The position numbers and the translations under genes are program-made. A DNA stretch of 64,000 bases, taken from the NCBI GenBank assembly GCA_027923505.1, contig BROI01000015.1:1-64000 (forward strand). The letters are read 5' to 3'. Each line of letters opens with the position of its first letter. The first letter of the stretch is position 1. Origin of the DNA: Mayamaea pseudoterrestris. Taxonomy: Eukaryota. Shown here in pieces: positions 1 through 10,477 of the stretch. The notes under the pieces are model-generated. The model did not search any database and was not told the DNA's origin. It saw only the letters and a list, made by a program, of their open reading frames with translations.

Positions 1-161
1 GTCTTGATGGTGGGAAGCAGGATGATGCTTAGTAAAGTAATCAGCAAGGTTTCCAGCTCCCTTGCTCCAATAGATTTGGAATTGCTTTTGGTCTACGCGG
101 TCGCGTAGCCAGTAGAAACGCATGTCAATAGCTTTGGAGCGTTTTTGTTTAACAGTGTCGT
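1..161 (-). mobile_element. RNase H C-terminus of copia element A, separated from the rest of pol by the 162-5436 insertion
   Basis: Minus strand reads DTVKQKRSKAIDMRFYWLRDRVDQKQFQIYWSK/GAGNLADYFTKHH (one 1-nt frameshift near 60). It continues ...TDNVTAAGIAN at 5437 in frame once the insertion and one TCGT copy are removed. Confidence 0.92.
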
Positions 162-264
162 TAGCAGGTTGCACACGAAAAACAGCAACCAGAGCGATAC
201 CTTTACTTGTCATAGTGCATGGTGCCTTGTATGCAGCATATAGTACACTAGCAGACGGAAAAGT

Positions 265-323
265 AGCAGCGTGTTTAGAGGTGATATAGCCGGTTATCCT
301 TGGTTCGATTCCGAGGTGCGCTA
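265..323 (+). ncRNA. tRNA-like element without a normal anticodon arm, copy in TRIM 5' LTR
   Basis: B box GGTTCGATTCC (302-312) in a T arm CTTGG-TTCGATT-CCGAG. Acceptor-like stem AGC(A)GCGT/GTGCGCT plus discriminator A323. D-loop-like TTAGAGG. TTTT at 325-328. Confidence 0.7.
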
Positions 324-734
324 CTTTTAACGGCATAGTGATACTACTTTCTGTTGCATACCTGCTATGGTAGCGTCCCTATCGAGAGATCTGGACTGAG
401 GCTGCTGGTTCGAGTTGCGATCGAATCAAGCGAAGAAAAAGCAAAAATTCACTGGTTGCACGGGTTTGTCACGAACGAACGATGGGGAGTCGCGGACCCT
501 GGGGAGTGCACAAAGATGCGCCGAGCCCGAAACGCCGCAGGAAAAACTGAAAAGTGACATTCCCCCGCGAGACGAAAATGCCAGCTGAAACGGAAGACGA
601 GTTAGCACTATGACGCGCAAAGCTAGGGGAGTAGCAGGTTGCACACGAAAAACAGCAACCAGAGCGATACCTTTACTTGTCATAGTGCATGGTGCCTTGT
701 ATGCAGCATATAGTACACTAGCAGACGGAAAAGT

Positions 735-793
735 AGCAGCGTGTTTAGAGGTGATATAGCCGGTTATCCTTGGTTCGATTCCGAGGTGCGCTA
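735..793 (+). ncRNA. tRNA-like element, identical copy in TRIM 3' LTR
   Basis: Identical to 265-323 at offset +470. Confidence 0.7.
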
Positions 794-837
794 CTTTTAA
801 CGGCATAGTGATACTACTTTCTGTTGCATACCTGCTA

Positions 838-3800
838 CTGTCGCATCTTTATAATTGCGCGGCAACCTTACGCCGAATTTGTAGCGTACGCCGTTTGCTT
901 TCGATTTTCGTTTCGCCGCTGTTACCATCTGTCGAAACTTCTTTCGCTTCCGAGTGTAATGCTCCAGCTGCTTCCATCCTGGCTTGTCGAGTAAGCCGTG
1001 CTTGAGTCCATACTCTGCGATCGTTATCGGATCGTCCTTCTTCATGATCGCGAGAGGCTCCCACGTCGTCGTTCCGTCAGTCCATTCGACGAGAACGTTA
1101 CTTGAACTTCCTTTGTATGTCGGATCGTTCGGTTTCAAATTAAGCTCGTGTCCGATTACCTTCGTGAATACCCACTGAGTCGCCGGATCGTTTCGTATAT
1201 CTTCGTCCATCTGTCGTTCGATTAAATCCGACAGTTCGTTGTAACTTATTAAGTCTTTCGCTGGCTCCTCTCCCATTTGGATTAGGAAACCTTTCGTCGT
1301 TTCGAGTAGCTCGTTATCGCGTACTTCGATATATTCGCATACAGTCGCTCGCATTTTCTGACCGTTTTCGTGTTCCCTTACGAACGTGCGTCCGATGAGT
1401 TCGCTTGGAGAGAACAGAGGGCATTTATTCCCTGATTCTTGCTCAGCCCTTCTGAAGAACTTCGCTGGTACGTTGGCGTGGTTCGCCATCGGAATTGTTT
1501 CGTCGTCGTTTCCTTCGTAGTTGTCGTGACTACTTTCTGTCACATGCGTGCTATGGTAGCGTCCTGTCGCGAGATCTGGAGTTTCAAAATTTCGCTCGCT
1601 TGCGCGTGTAGCTTCTTCAGAAATCTCCCCTCCAGACTCAGGGAAGGAAGGCAACTCTCGTGGTAACAAGTAGCTGCGCGAGACCACGTTGGAGCGCGGA
1701 ATCGCCTGAAGCGTGTCGTCCGTCAGAACGAGAAAAGTCATGTGCGGACCGCTATTCTCTGCGATGCCCACGAATCGGCCGTTGCCAGATCGTACCGCCG
1801 AGGGAAAGCTCCCCTGCGCCTCAAACGTGACCGGTTCCCACCACCTTGAAATGTAACAAAGGCAAATATCCGGCAGATTTCCGAACGCAACTTCCGTTGG
1901 CGTGCGCCATCCCAGCGATTTCGTCGCGAGGACGTTCAGTATCATGATTACGAATTTAATCAGCAAACCCAGCAATGGCCTGGCGAACCCGAATCTCGTT
2001 GGAGTGTTCTCCATCATTGGCTTAATGTGCGACGTGTGACGTTCGCATGGATTTTGTTCTGGATGACCCGGTTCTGTGGTCACTTGAGGAATATTGTACA
2101 TCCGACAGAGATCCCTCACAGCCTTGCCAGTCTCCGACTTGGCATTGTCGCTGAGCAGTCCGTTAGAGCGCCCACTTCGCGGATAAAATCCTCTTAACGC
2201 TGGCTTGACATTTCGCTCTCCGACTTCATCGGGTACGCGCGTGTAAAAACTTTCTCGTCCAACAAAGAGCTGCATCTTAGTAGCTCCCCATGCCCTAGAA
2301 TTCCATCATCCAAAGCTGGCGTGTCAGAGTGATGTCAGTCCGTGGCGAATAGTTCGGCAGACCGCTGAACGTTCGCGGCGGAAATCGTGATTTCGTGAGG
2401 TGTCGAATGGTAATCGCGGGTGTGCGCTGAGATGATACCATGCTTCCGTGTGACGTAAAGTCTGTTGAACGCGCTCAGTCGGGACCCATCCGGAGGTACG
2501 GCCGAAGAGCATTATAGTCCGGTTCCCTGCTTCGTAGCTTCCGCAAATTAACGCGTGAAAACTGAGCGCGCGTGTCGCACGCACCGATTGATCAGTACGT
2601 CAAGTTCGTCGCCAGTGCGTGTCGGCGTGTGACGATTGCGGTGCGTGATACCGTCATCATCGAATCGTTCGTCGAAAGATCCACAATCGTGATCTCGTTC
2701 GTCGAAATCGTCGTGCGCGTGCTCGACATCGTAAACAGTCGGGTCCCACGGCACGTCCGACGTCATGATGACAGTCGGATACTTATCCAAATCATCGAAC
2801 GTGGGTTTCGTCACGTCCACACCAGGCCATCGCCATGCAAAACGTAGCCCATTCGTTAAGTTGCGTGCGTCCGCCAAACATGGTCGTATCATGTCGGCAA
2901 TGTCCCTCACGCGCAATTGATTCGGGCAATTGAATCGTCGGTCTCGTCTCGCTTTAAAGCATACTGGTGACACAGAAGCAGAATGGTTTCGCCACTAAGG
3001 GTCTTTGCCAGTCCAGCTGCAGTGCCAATCTTGAGAGCTGGGACAATATGATCGTCAATACCAGTCACATCCACCTCGGCGTTCGTTTCCGAAACGACGA
3101 GCATGTCTCCTCCGCATAAGCCTCCGTTCGCGCCGCTGTCGATGAGCGCGCCTTCGTTGATCCGCTCGTAGTGTGCGCGATTGACGCGCATACGACGATG
3201 ACATGTTGAAGCTGAATGTACCTCGTCCGGTGTTATCAGTCGTCAACGATCCTGTCACTTGCTGAGTTGTAGTACTCGCATTGTTCGCTTGCAGAACCGA
3301 TCGTGCAGCCATTTGGACTGACATTCCACTATTGCCGGGCTGAATATTAATCGTGCCAGGAACGCTTGCGTGATCGTTCGCTACAGATTCCGTCGCGTGA
3401 CGCTCTTGATGCGCCGCGTTGACTTGCGTCTGCGTCGTAGCCGTGCCTCGTTGGTTGCGCGGTCGCCATCCGTTTTCGGGTGTCTTGGGCGCCGTCGCAC
3501 GCTTGTCCTTCAACTGCTTTCGCTGATCAAACTTCATCTCCAACCAGACTTCATCCTTCACGCTCGCGTGAGGTTTCTTCATGATCGCTGCAAATCGTTC
3601 CGCCGATAAGCCGCTTGGAGTCGCGCCGCCATTGCCGCCGCCGCCTCCTTTTCGTTCCACTAGACTGCGCTTGATTGATTGTGCGCTTAGTCTTCGTCGT
3701 CAATGGGTGTTTCTTGTCAGTATTGATGCAGCATTCTTCTAAGTGCTCGTACAACTGCGCGAAGTTGTCTTCTGAGTCGTGTTGGCCTATGTGTTTCTTG

Positions 3801-5436
3801 GGGCAATCATTCCGTCAAAACCTGCTAGTGATGCGCTGAATCCTGTGTGCTCGGAGAAAGGGTCGCGTAGCATGTCGTATCGTTGTAAACCTGTCAGAGC
3901 TTCTGCGTCCATTTCGAGCAGCCAGATGACTTTCTTGTAGAACAGTGCGAGAAATTCGATCGTCGGCCGTGACCACTTCTCGGTCAGCCGCATTCCCTGC
4001 AGTTCCGTTCGCGCGCGTTCCTTCTCGATGAGCAGTAGCGCCTTCTTCGTATCGCGTTCGCAATCGTTGGTAGACTTCGCGTCCGTCCATCGTCTTCTTG
4101 AACTGCTGTACTGCGAGTGATGCAGGACGGAGTTCGACAGTGCGTGAGAAAGATCCTGTATACAAACACATTCTTCTTTGCATACGCCTTCTGTTCTTTC
4201 GGTCCCTTTTCCTTCGGGTCATAATCGTCGTCAAAGACTTCGTGGAAGTCATGCAATGTAGCGATGACTTTCAACTCGGAAATCCACTGTTTCCACGAGG
4301 AATCCAGCTTCATTTCTTTACAATCCCTCGCCGAGAACTTGATAGACTTCGTAAATTGGTCTGAATACTTCTCGTCGTCTTCGTCGTCGCCGAGGTCCAG
4401 TATGGATCTCGGTGACTGCCGCATCTTCAAAAACACACTCGTCGGTGGCACCTTGTCGGCCGAGTCAGGCCTCGACTCGTTGCCTTCGTTCGTTAGCGTG
4501 GAGTCCGGATTCGTCCTTCTTGGATTCCGTTTCGCTTTCCTTCGCTGGAGGTTTCGCTCCGCTTCCGCTGCCCACGCTCGCAATGTTGCGCGCTTGGACT
4601 CGTTCCTTCGCTCGTGCTGTGACGAACGTCGCCAGCGTTTCGGTGGTCAGTTGCGACCATGTCTTGATGTCCGGCGACTCTTGCGCCAAATACCATTCGA
4701 TCGCGTTCGTGATCGTGCGTTGTTTCATCTTCGTTAGCGAGTGTTCGCTCGTTTCCTGCGTGACATTGTCGCCATCGTCAGTCGTCGTCGTTGTCGTCGT
4801 CGTGACGTTCCACTTCGTCGCGAAATCGTCGTACTCCATCTCGATCAGTTGCGTAAGCGATTCTACTCCGAGTTCGTCGAATAACTCCTTGAACTGAGGA
4901 TCTTGGAAAACGCCTACGTTCTCTTCGTAAACATGCGCAAACGCCGCGTCTTTCTGCGCGCGAGTTTCCGCCATCGTTGTCGTCGTGACAATGTTCTTGC
5001 TATCACCTGCGGAACTTTCCGGGCCAAGAACCAACGTGCGTCCACGTTACTTCGTAAATCAATAGTACTCTTCGTCGATAAAGTCTCTATGCCGAGGCAA
5101 TGAGTCTCAAGACAGTGTTAATCTTGTAACTTGTAAATCAAATCGTTGCACCTTTCGCTTGTAGCTGTCCTTGGATGGCCAATCCAAGCTTGCAGTTGCT
5201 ACAATACGAGAGACGAATAAATCGCTTTCTTAACTCTTCAAGCTTAGTAAGTCTGCTTGTTTCTACTCTATATCGCACTAGTTTCAGCAATATACTTGTT
5301 GAATCGCTTCGAAGCCGTCGCTGCCACGCATCACGCGATCGTGAGGCTGTGGTGAGCCGCGAGTGCCGCTGTGTCACCCTATCGGACATTCGGTGTGACT
5401 TGCCCGATTTTCGCTGTTTTCGTTCGCATCCTGCAA
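838..5436 (-). mobile_element. Copia-like element B (CoDi-like), frameshifted and 3'-truncated: 5' LTR, gag, protease, integrase; no RT, RNase H or 3' LTR
   Basis: Gag fragments from about 4973, protease ALIDSGANGGLCG (2907-3191), integrase LLSDNAKSE...TTEPGHPEQNPCER (797-2275). The ORF stops at YKFGVRLPRNYKDA where the TRIM begins. Protease-integrase order with no RT between them is copia-type. Confidence 0.88.
5190..5436 (-). repeat. Probable 5' LTR of element B (247 bp, termini TTGCAG...CTGCAA)
   Basis: 6-bp inverted termini. The outer end coincides with the break in element A pol and with the TCGT duplication. Only one copy is present, so the inner boundary is inferred. Confidence 0.7.
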
Positions 5437-8400
5437 TCGTTGGCAATGCCAGCGGCAGTGACGTTGTCAGTTTGTAGTGGTGTAGCTGGTTGAGGATGAC
5501 CCAATTCTTCTAGTAGATGACGAATGGGACAAGCTTCTTTGGCGTTGTGAAAGAGCGCACCAAGCTCCGCCTCGGCGGCACTAGAGAGGACTTCCTTCAT
5601 GATTTGACAGAGCACGTTGATGGCGCCGTTGTGGGGAGGAGGCTTGCTAGTAGGGCCAAGCGGAGACTCGGGCCAGCTGCTGAGGAAATGGAAACCACCA
5701 GCGCATGAGCGAGCCTTGGCGGCGGAGAGGTAGGAGGCATCGCTATGCTGCCACAAACACATTTCACTGGCAGTGAAGCGTACCACAGCATTGGGGTGCG
5801 AGGCGCAGTAATCGAGGACTTGGAGGACGGCGAGCATGGTTTTGTGAGTCGGGGCGGATTGTTTGGAGGCAATTTCGTTGAGCGCTTTGAGTAGTGTTGA
5901 ATCAACTGCGCGCGCGTAATAAAGAAGGACGCCCATTACTTCTTGTACTCGTGTAGCGTCAGCTTTATTGACAGTAGCAGTGTCGTCGGGCGCAGGAGCA
6001 AACTGTTGCTTGGCGCCGTAGACGGGCTTGAGCCAGGCGTGGGGCGCATGCTGGGGCTTTGTCGGCATTTGGTGTTGAAAGCGTTCGAGCGCCCGTTCAA
6101 TGTAGCCAGGCATGGAGATGTCACACGTGCCGTGCTTGTAGTCCCAGTCAATGGTGAGTCCACAGTAGCGAGCGCCAGTGAGATCCAGACTGACTTTGTA
6201 GGTGGCTTGGAGAGCAGCGAGCAAGTGATCCAGATCGGCCTTATCAGTGTATTTGATACCAAAATCGTCAACAACGAGCGAGAAGCAGATTGGTCGCGTT
6301 TCGTGCCGCCAGAAACCAGGCGTGAGCGGCGCGGGCGAGTAACCATGGGCGGCGAGGCGCTTGACGAGTAGGTCATGTGCCAGACGGCCAGCCTGCGGGA
6401 GACCGTACATGCCTTTGGAGATTTCAGTGTAGATGTAGCCGTTGTGCGCCTTGGAGTCAAGGTCGTAGAGCAAGCGGAAAGCGTCGGGAATGAGGTTGAG
6501 CGAGATGCGCATGTACTCCTTGGTGGCCATGGGCGTGTTCAGATAGAAGTCTTTGATGTCGATTGTAGCGAACCGCGCGCCAGGCGTAGAGATAACCGAG
6601 TTGAGGAGCACTTTAACGGTGGTCAAGTCGGCAGCTTTAGTAGCAGTGGCGCCAGGATAGTCGATGCGATCGCCGCCGACCGTGATGCGGACACGCCGAG
6701 GATTCTCCTTCTCGGGGCGCCAGGCGGAGACAATGCGGGCGTATGTAGCAACCTTATTGTCGGGTACGTCGCGATAGTGGATGAAACGGAGCGTATCGGT
6801 GCCTTTGATGTCGTTATAGCCTTGGCTGAGGCGCGCCAGCTCGTCAATCATGGAGGCTTCCCACTCGTTGCCTTCGCTGCACTCGAGCAGTTCGCGGATT
6901 TCAGCGACGCGACCAGTATCGGGATTGATGGCGCTGCCAAGATAGGCGAAACCAAGGCGGTTGCAAGTGGTTTCAATGTCAGTCCATTTGGCGACGCCAA
7001 GGTTGAACTCGCGAAGCGCCGTCATCGCCTTGCCTCTGGGGGTTGAGCGGACAAAGTCGGTAATGGGGCGCTGCGTCGGCTTGGTAGGAAAGATGGAGAG
7101 ACGGCTGGGACGCTTAGGATGAGGAGACAATGGGGAAGGACGTAGGAAACGGACTCGTTTAAGAGCAAGTTGTTCATTGCGGCGAGCTTGTTGGGGGGAA
7201 AGGGATGGCAACTCATCAGCGTGAGCGGAAGGCTCAGTGTGGAGCGGCGGGTCGGCGCGGGGTTTTTTGGTCTTGCGGCGGCGGCGGCGCGGTCCCGTGA
7301 CGTCATCATAGGTGACGGCAGGTGAGGTAGGCTCGTTAACGGACGGTGGCGCGGCGGGCGGGACGGCGGGCGTGGGGACTGGCGAAGGAGTTGGCGTTGG
7401 TGGCGAACTTGGTGAAGCCGCAGATGTCGTATCGGTGACACGAGTAGGTGCGCTTGCCGGAGAAGGGAGGGCCGCCGGAGAGGGGAGGGCATTGTCAGTC
7501 GGCACCCTCAGTTGTGGCGCAAACCCAGGCGGTGGAGCGACAGGCGGTGAGTTGTCCACCCTCAGAGGTGGCGCAGGGTTGGCAGCAGGTGGCTGATAGA
7601 GAGCGATGAGGTCGGCAAGAGCACGGACGCGACTGTCGGTAGTCGGTGCAAGGGCCGCTGGCGGATCGGTGGAGGCAATGGCGGTCTTGAGGTCTTCTAA
7701 GGCAGCATGAATGCGAGAGTCGGGCGTAGAGAGAGGCATTGGCAGTGCAGGAGGAGGCAGCCATGCGACTTGATGGCATGTCCGTTCGGCGTTCGTCTTC
7801 CAAATCCACACGCGATGGCCTCGATACGAGTCAAGAGCTGGACCGAGATACCAACCATCAAGGGCGCGGGGCTCAAAGGAGCCACGGTCTTCAGTAGGAA
7901 TATGAGCAAGAACACGGATGCCGATAGGGGCCAGAGGCGTGCGGTTGAGGTCGAAGAGTCCATGCACTAGCGTGTAGGCAGACAGCTTGGGATTGATGCG
8001 AGAGCCGCGGCACATATTGAGTGTGATTTCAGTCTGGGGAATGAGTTTATCCCACAAATGGAGAGGAAAAGCTTTGTCGACACTGCAAAGGATGGCAACA
8101 AAATGGTTTTCAAACGTGCCAATGGCTCGTTCCGCGAGGTTGCGGCGGTGCAATCCATGACCGACCAGCTGGAAATCTATCTTTTGGTCGTGCATGTAGT
8201 CTTTTAACAGCTGGGAGCATTCGTTATCAAGACGCTGGAGCTGGGGTTGGAGACCAGCGCGAGTGAGGCGTTTAAGAAGGGATTTGTAGGCCTCGAGAAT
8301 GCAGGTGGCGTTGCGATTTTTGAATGGTTCGAGCCAGATATAATTGCTGTCGTAATCATATAGAACCATGATGTATTGATTCCCGTTGAGCGAGGGATTA

Positions 8401-9248
8401 AACACTTTTCCAGTTTGATCAGTATAGATTTGACCAGTAGGCTTGAAAAAGGAGGCGTAGCAGTGGTGGCGCGTCGCAACGGTTCCTTCTTGGAGAGGAA
8501 AGAACACGTCGCTGTCGTCGTCGTCTGCGTCCACGTTTGTTGTTGTTGACTTGGTGGAGCGAATGCCTTGACGCAAAGCTTTCATGTGGCCTTTATGCAT
8601 GGCAATGGAGGCGGGCGGGTGCTTGCGGAGGTTGCTGGCGGTGAGGCCAGGAAAATGCGGGAGCAAGCCTTTGGAAAGGGCAGCCTCAAGGGTGCGGAGA
8701 CTGGGCGAGCCAAGGGAAGCATGATAGAACTTGAGGAGCTCAGGCAACTTGGGATCGCCAATGGTAGTAAGAGCGCTCTGGGGCAAAGGCGCAGGGAGCT
8801 CCATTTGCCAGAGGCCAGTGGCTGGACACCGAGCGCCACTCAGGACGAGCTCTTCTTTATAATGCACGAGGACTCGTTCCTTGTCAAGGGAAATGAGGCA
8901 GCCTGCATCACAAAGTGTGCCAAGGGAAAGTAGTGAGTGAGTTGATAAAGCAGGAACAATATGAGCTTTAGTGGCCGACTCGGGAAGGCCGGGGATGTTG
9001 AGCGTTGCCTCATGAGTGGAATGCATGAGGGTGCCGTTGGGAGTTTGAATTGCAAGTGGGGTTGTCGTAGCAATCTTGTTTAAGATGGGAGCGCTAACGG
9101 TGACAAAGTGGGCAGAGGCGCCACTGTCAGCTATGAGGGTAAAAGTAGGATTGGCGGGAGGACCAGTGATAGAAGATAACGAGAAACAAGTACTATAAGC
9201 ATGTGACATGGTGCTATAGGTGTTATCAATCACTGGCGTCCCTCCATC
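5437..9248 (-). CDS. Pol of copia element A (protease, integrase, RT, start of RNase H), interrupted at 5437
   Basis: IADSGASAHF protease; YTDQTG...RLDNE...NLAERAI integrase; IDIKDFYL, KGMYGLPQAG and LVVDDFG RT; HSDASY, SAAEAE and TDN RNase H motifs. Open frame begins right after the gag stop. Confidence 0.93.
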
Positions 9249-10376
9249 TCAGCTGCGAGGGTTGGCGGGATTGCGAGGACTCATCTCGGTAAGGGTGCCA
9301 CCCATGGTATTGTCAGCGGTCGCCGTGCTGACATGATTTGGACCAGGGTTTTGGCAAGTAGCGCTAGTGTGGCGGTAGTTGAGACCAAAGCCATGAGTGT
9401 GGCAATAGTGACGGGCGCGTGGTGAAGCGGTGGGCGCTGCCGCTGGCGTAGGCGTGATAGCTGGAGCAGGCGTGGTGGGTGTCGCAGGGGTGACACGAGT
9501 AGGTGCGGGCGTCACATCGCGAATGGCGGCCATTGCCTGCTGCAATTGGCGACGGAGGCGAGTTAACTCGGTGGTTTGTGCGATGTTGGCGTGATCCTGA
9601 TAGCCAGCTTGGCCAGCCGTGCGGTGCTCCAAGCGCTTGTCGTTGGCCTTGTTGAAACGGGACTGGAGATTCTCCATGGTGCGGTCCACCTCGTCGACAT
9701 CGCGGTCGTAGGCGGCGAGATCGGCGGCAAACACGCCACTGTTGTTGAGGACGAGGAGCGTGTCGTGGATCTGTTGTTCCGGGGGAATGGGCGTGCCGGC
9801 ATCTTCGGCAAAGTCGTTGATGTCGGTGATGCGACTCCAAATGCGCTCGATGGGATCGTTGGGATCCCATGGCGTGAGGAGACGAAGAACGTTGTCTTTG
9901 CGTTCCTGGTTGGAAACGCGTCCGTAGGCGGTGGTGAGATGCGTGAGGATCTGCAGCGTGGTGAGATTGGCGTAGATGGAACGACGGTTTCTGAGGACGG
10001 AATAGTAGTCTTCGTCGAGAGCAGCGAGTAGGCAAGCCTTGAGAGCAGTGTCGGCAACGAGCATGAGCTTGAAATCGTCAGATTTTTCCTTGTGAATGCG
10101 ATTGCGCTCAGTCAGTTGGTTTTGAGTAAGGCCAGCGACTTGAAGACCGAGCTCCTCGGGGCGAGCTGGGCGGTCAAAGGGAGCGTCTGGATCAGGGAAG
10201 CGTTCGAGGAGTTCGTCGTCCGTCATGCACAGAAAATCGTGGCCGTTGTCATCAGAACGGGCAGGAATCTTGCGAGCGTTGGCGCGGAGTTGAGCAGTGG
10301 CAATGGTAAGAGTAGAGTAAGTAGGCTTGCCTTCGATGATGGTCAAAGGATCGAGCGTAGGGAGCGTGATGTTCAT
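9249..10376 (-). CDS. Gag of copia element A
   Basis: Long ORF directly upstream of pol. First ATG gives MNITLP. C-terminal YCHTHG...HTSATC...H zinc-knuckle-like motif. Ends in a TGA in frame with pol. Confidence 0.85.
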   Translation of the reverse strand: MNITLPTLDPLTIIEGKPTYSTLTIATAQLRANARKIPARSDDNGHDFLCMTDDELLERFPDPDAPFDRPARPEELGLQVAGLTQNQLTERNRIHKEKSDDFKLMLVADTALKACLLAALDEDYYSVLRNRRSIYANLTTLQILTHLTTAYGRVSNQERKDNVLRLLTPWDPNDPIERIWSRITDINDFAEDAGTPIPPEQQIHDTLLVLNNSGVFAADLAAYDRDVDEVDRTMENLQSRFNKANDKRLEHRTAGQAGYQDHANIAQTTELTRLRRQLQQAMAAIRDVTPAPTRVTPATPTTPAPAITPTPAAAPTASPRARHYCHTHGFGLNYRHTSATCQNPGPNHVSTATADNTMGGTLTEMSPRNPANPRS

Positions 10377-10477
10377 CTTGGGATGGGAGGCACGGAGGAG
10401 GCGGCGGAGAAGGGTACGGAGGAGCTGGAGGATTCTGTGAGGAGCAATGGTAGCGGGTGGGTGAGATGTAACAATTC

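Larger units (their letters stand above)
162..837 (+). mobile_element. Non-autonomous miniature LTR retrotransposon (TRIM) with tRNA-like sequence in both LTRs
   Basis: Two identical 206-bp direct repeats (162-367, 632-837) with inverted termini TAGCAGGT...ACCTGCTA. PBS-like TGGTAGCG directly after the first (368-375), purine tract AGGGGAG directly before the second (625-631). 264-bp non-coding interior. Confidence 0.9.

Noticed and set aside
265..323. Functional host tRNA gene
   Set aside because: No 7-nt anticodon loop, bulged acceptor stem, only 59 nt, and it lies inside an LTR.
376..624. Ribozyme or RNase P-like motif in the TRIM interior
   Set aside because: CTGA/GAAA and AGTGCACA/TGAAACG fragments are present, but I could not build a hammerhead core (no CUGANGA) or consistent stems. 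Needs an Infernal/Rfam search.
156..843. TGTCG (156-160, 839-843) as TSD of the TRIM alone
   Set aside because: Offset by one base from both LTR ends, and the two flanks belong to different elements. TCGT at 158-161/5437-5440 restores the host reading frame.
2275..5034. Programmed frameshifts in elements B and C
   Set aside because: Too many and scattered through conserved domains. Better explained by decay or consensus errors in repeats.
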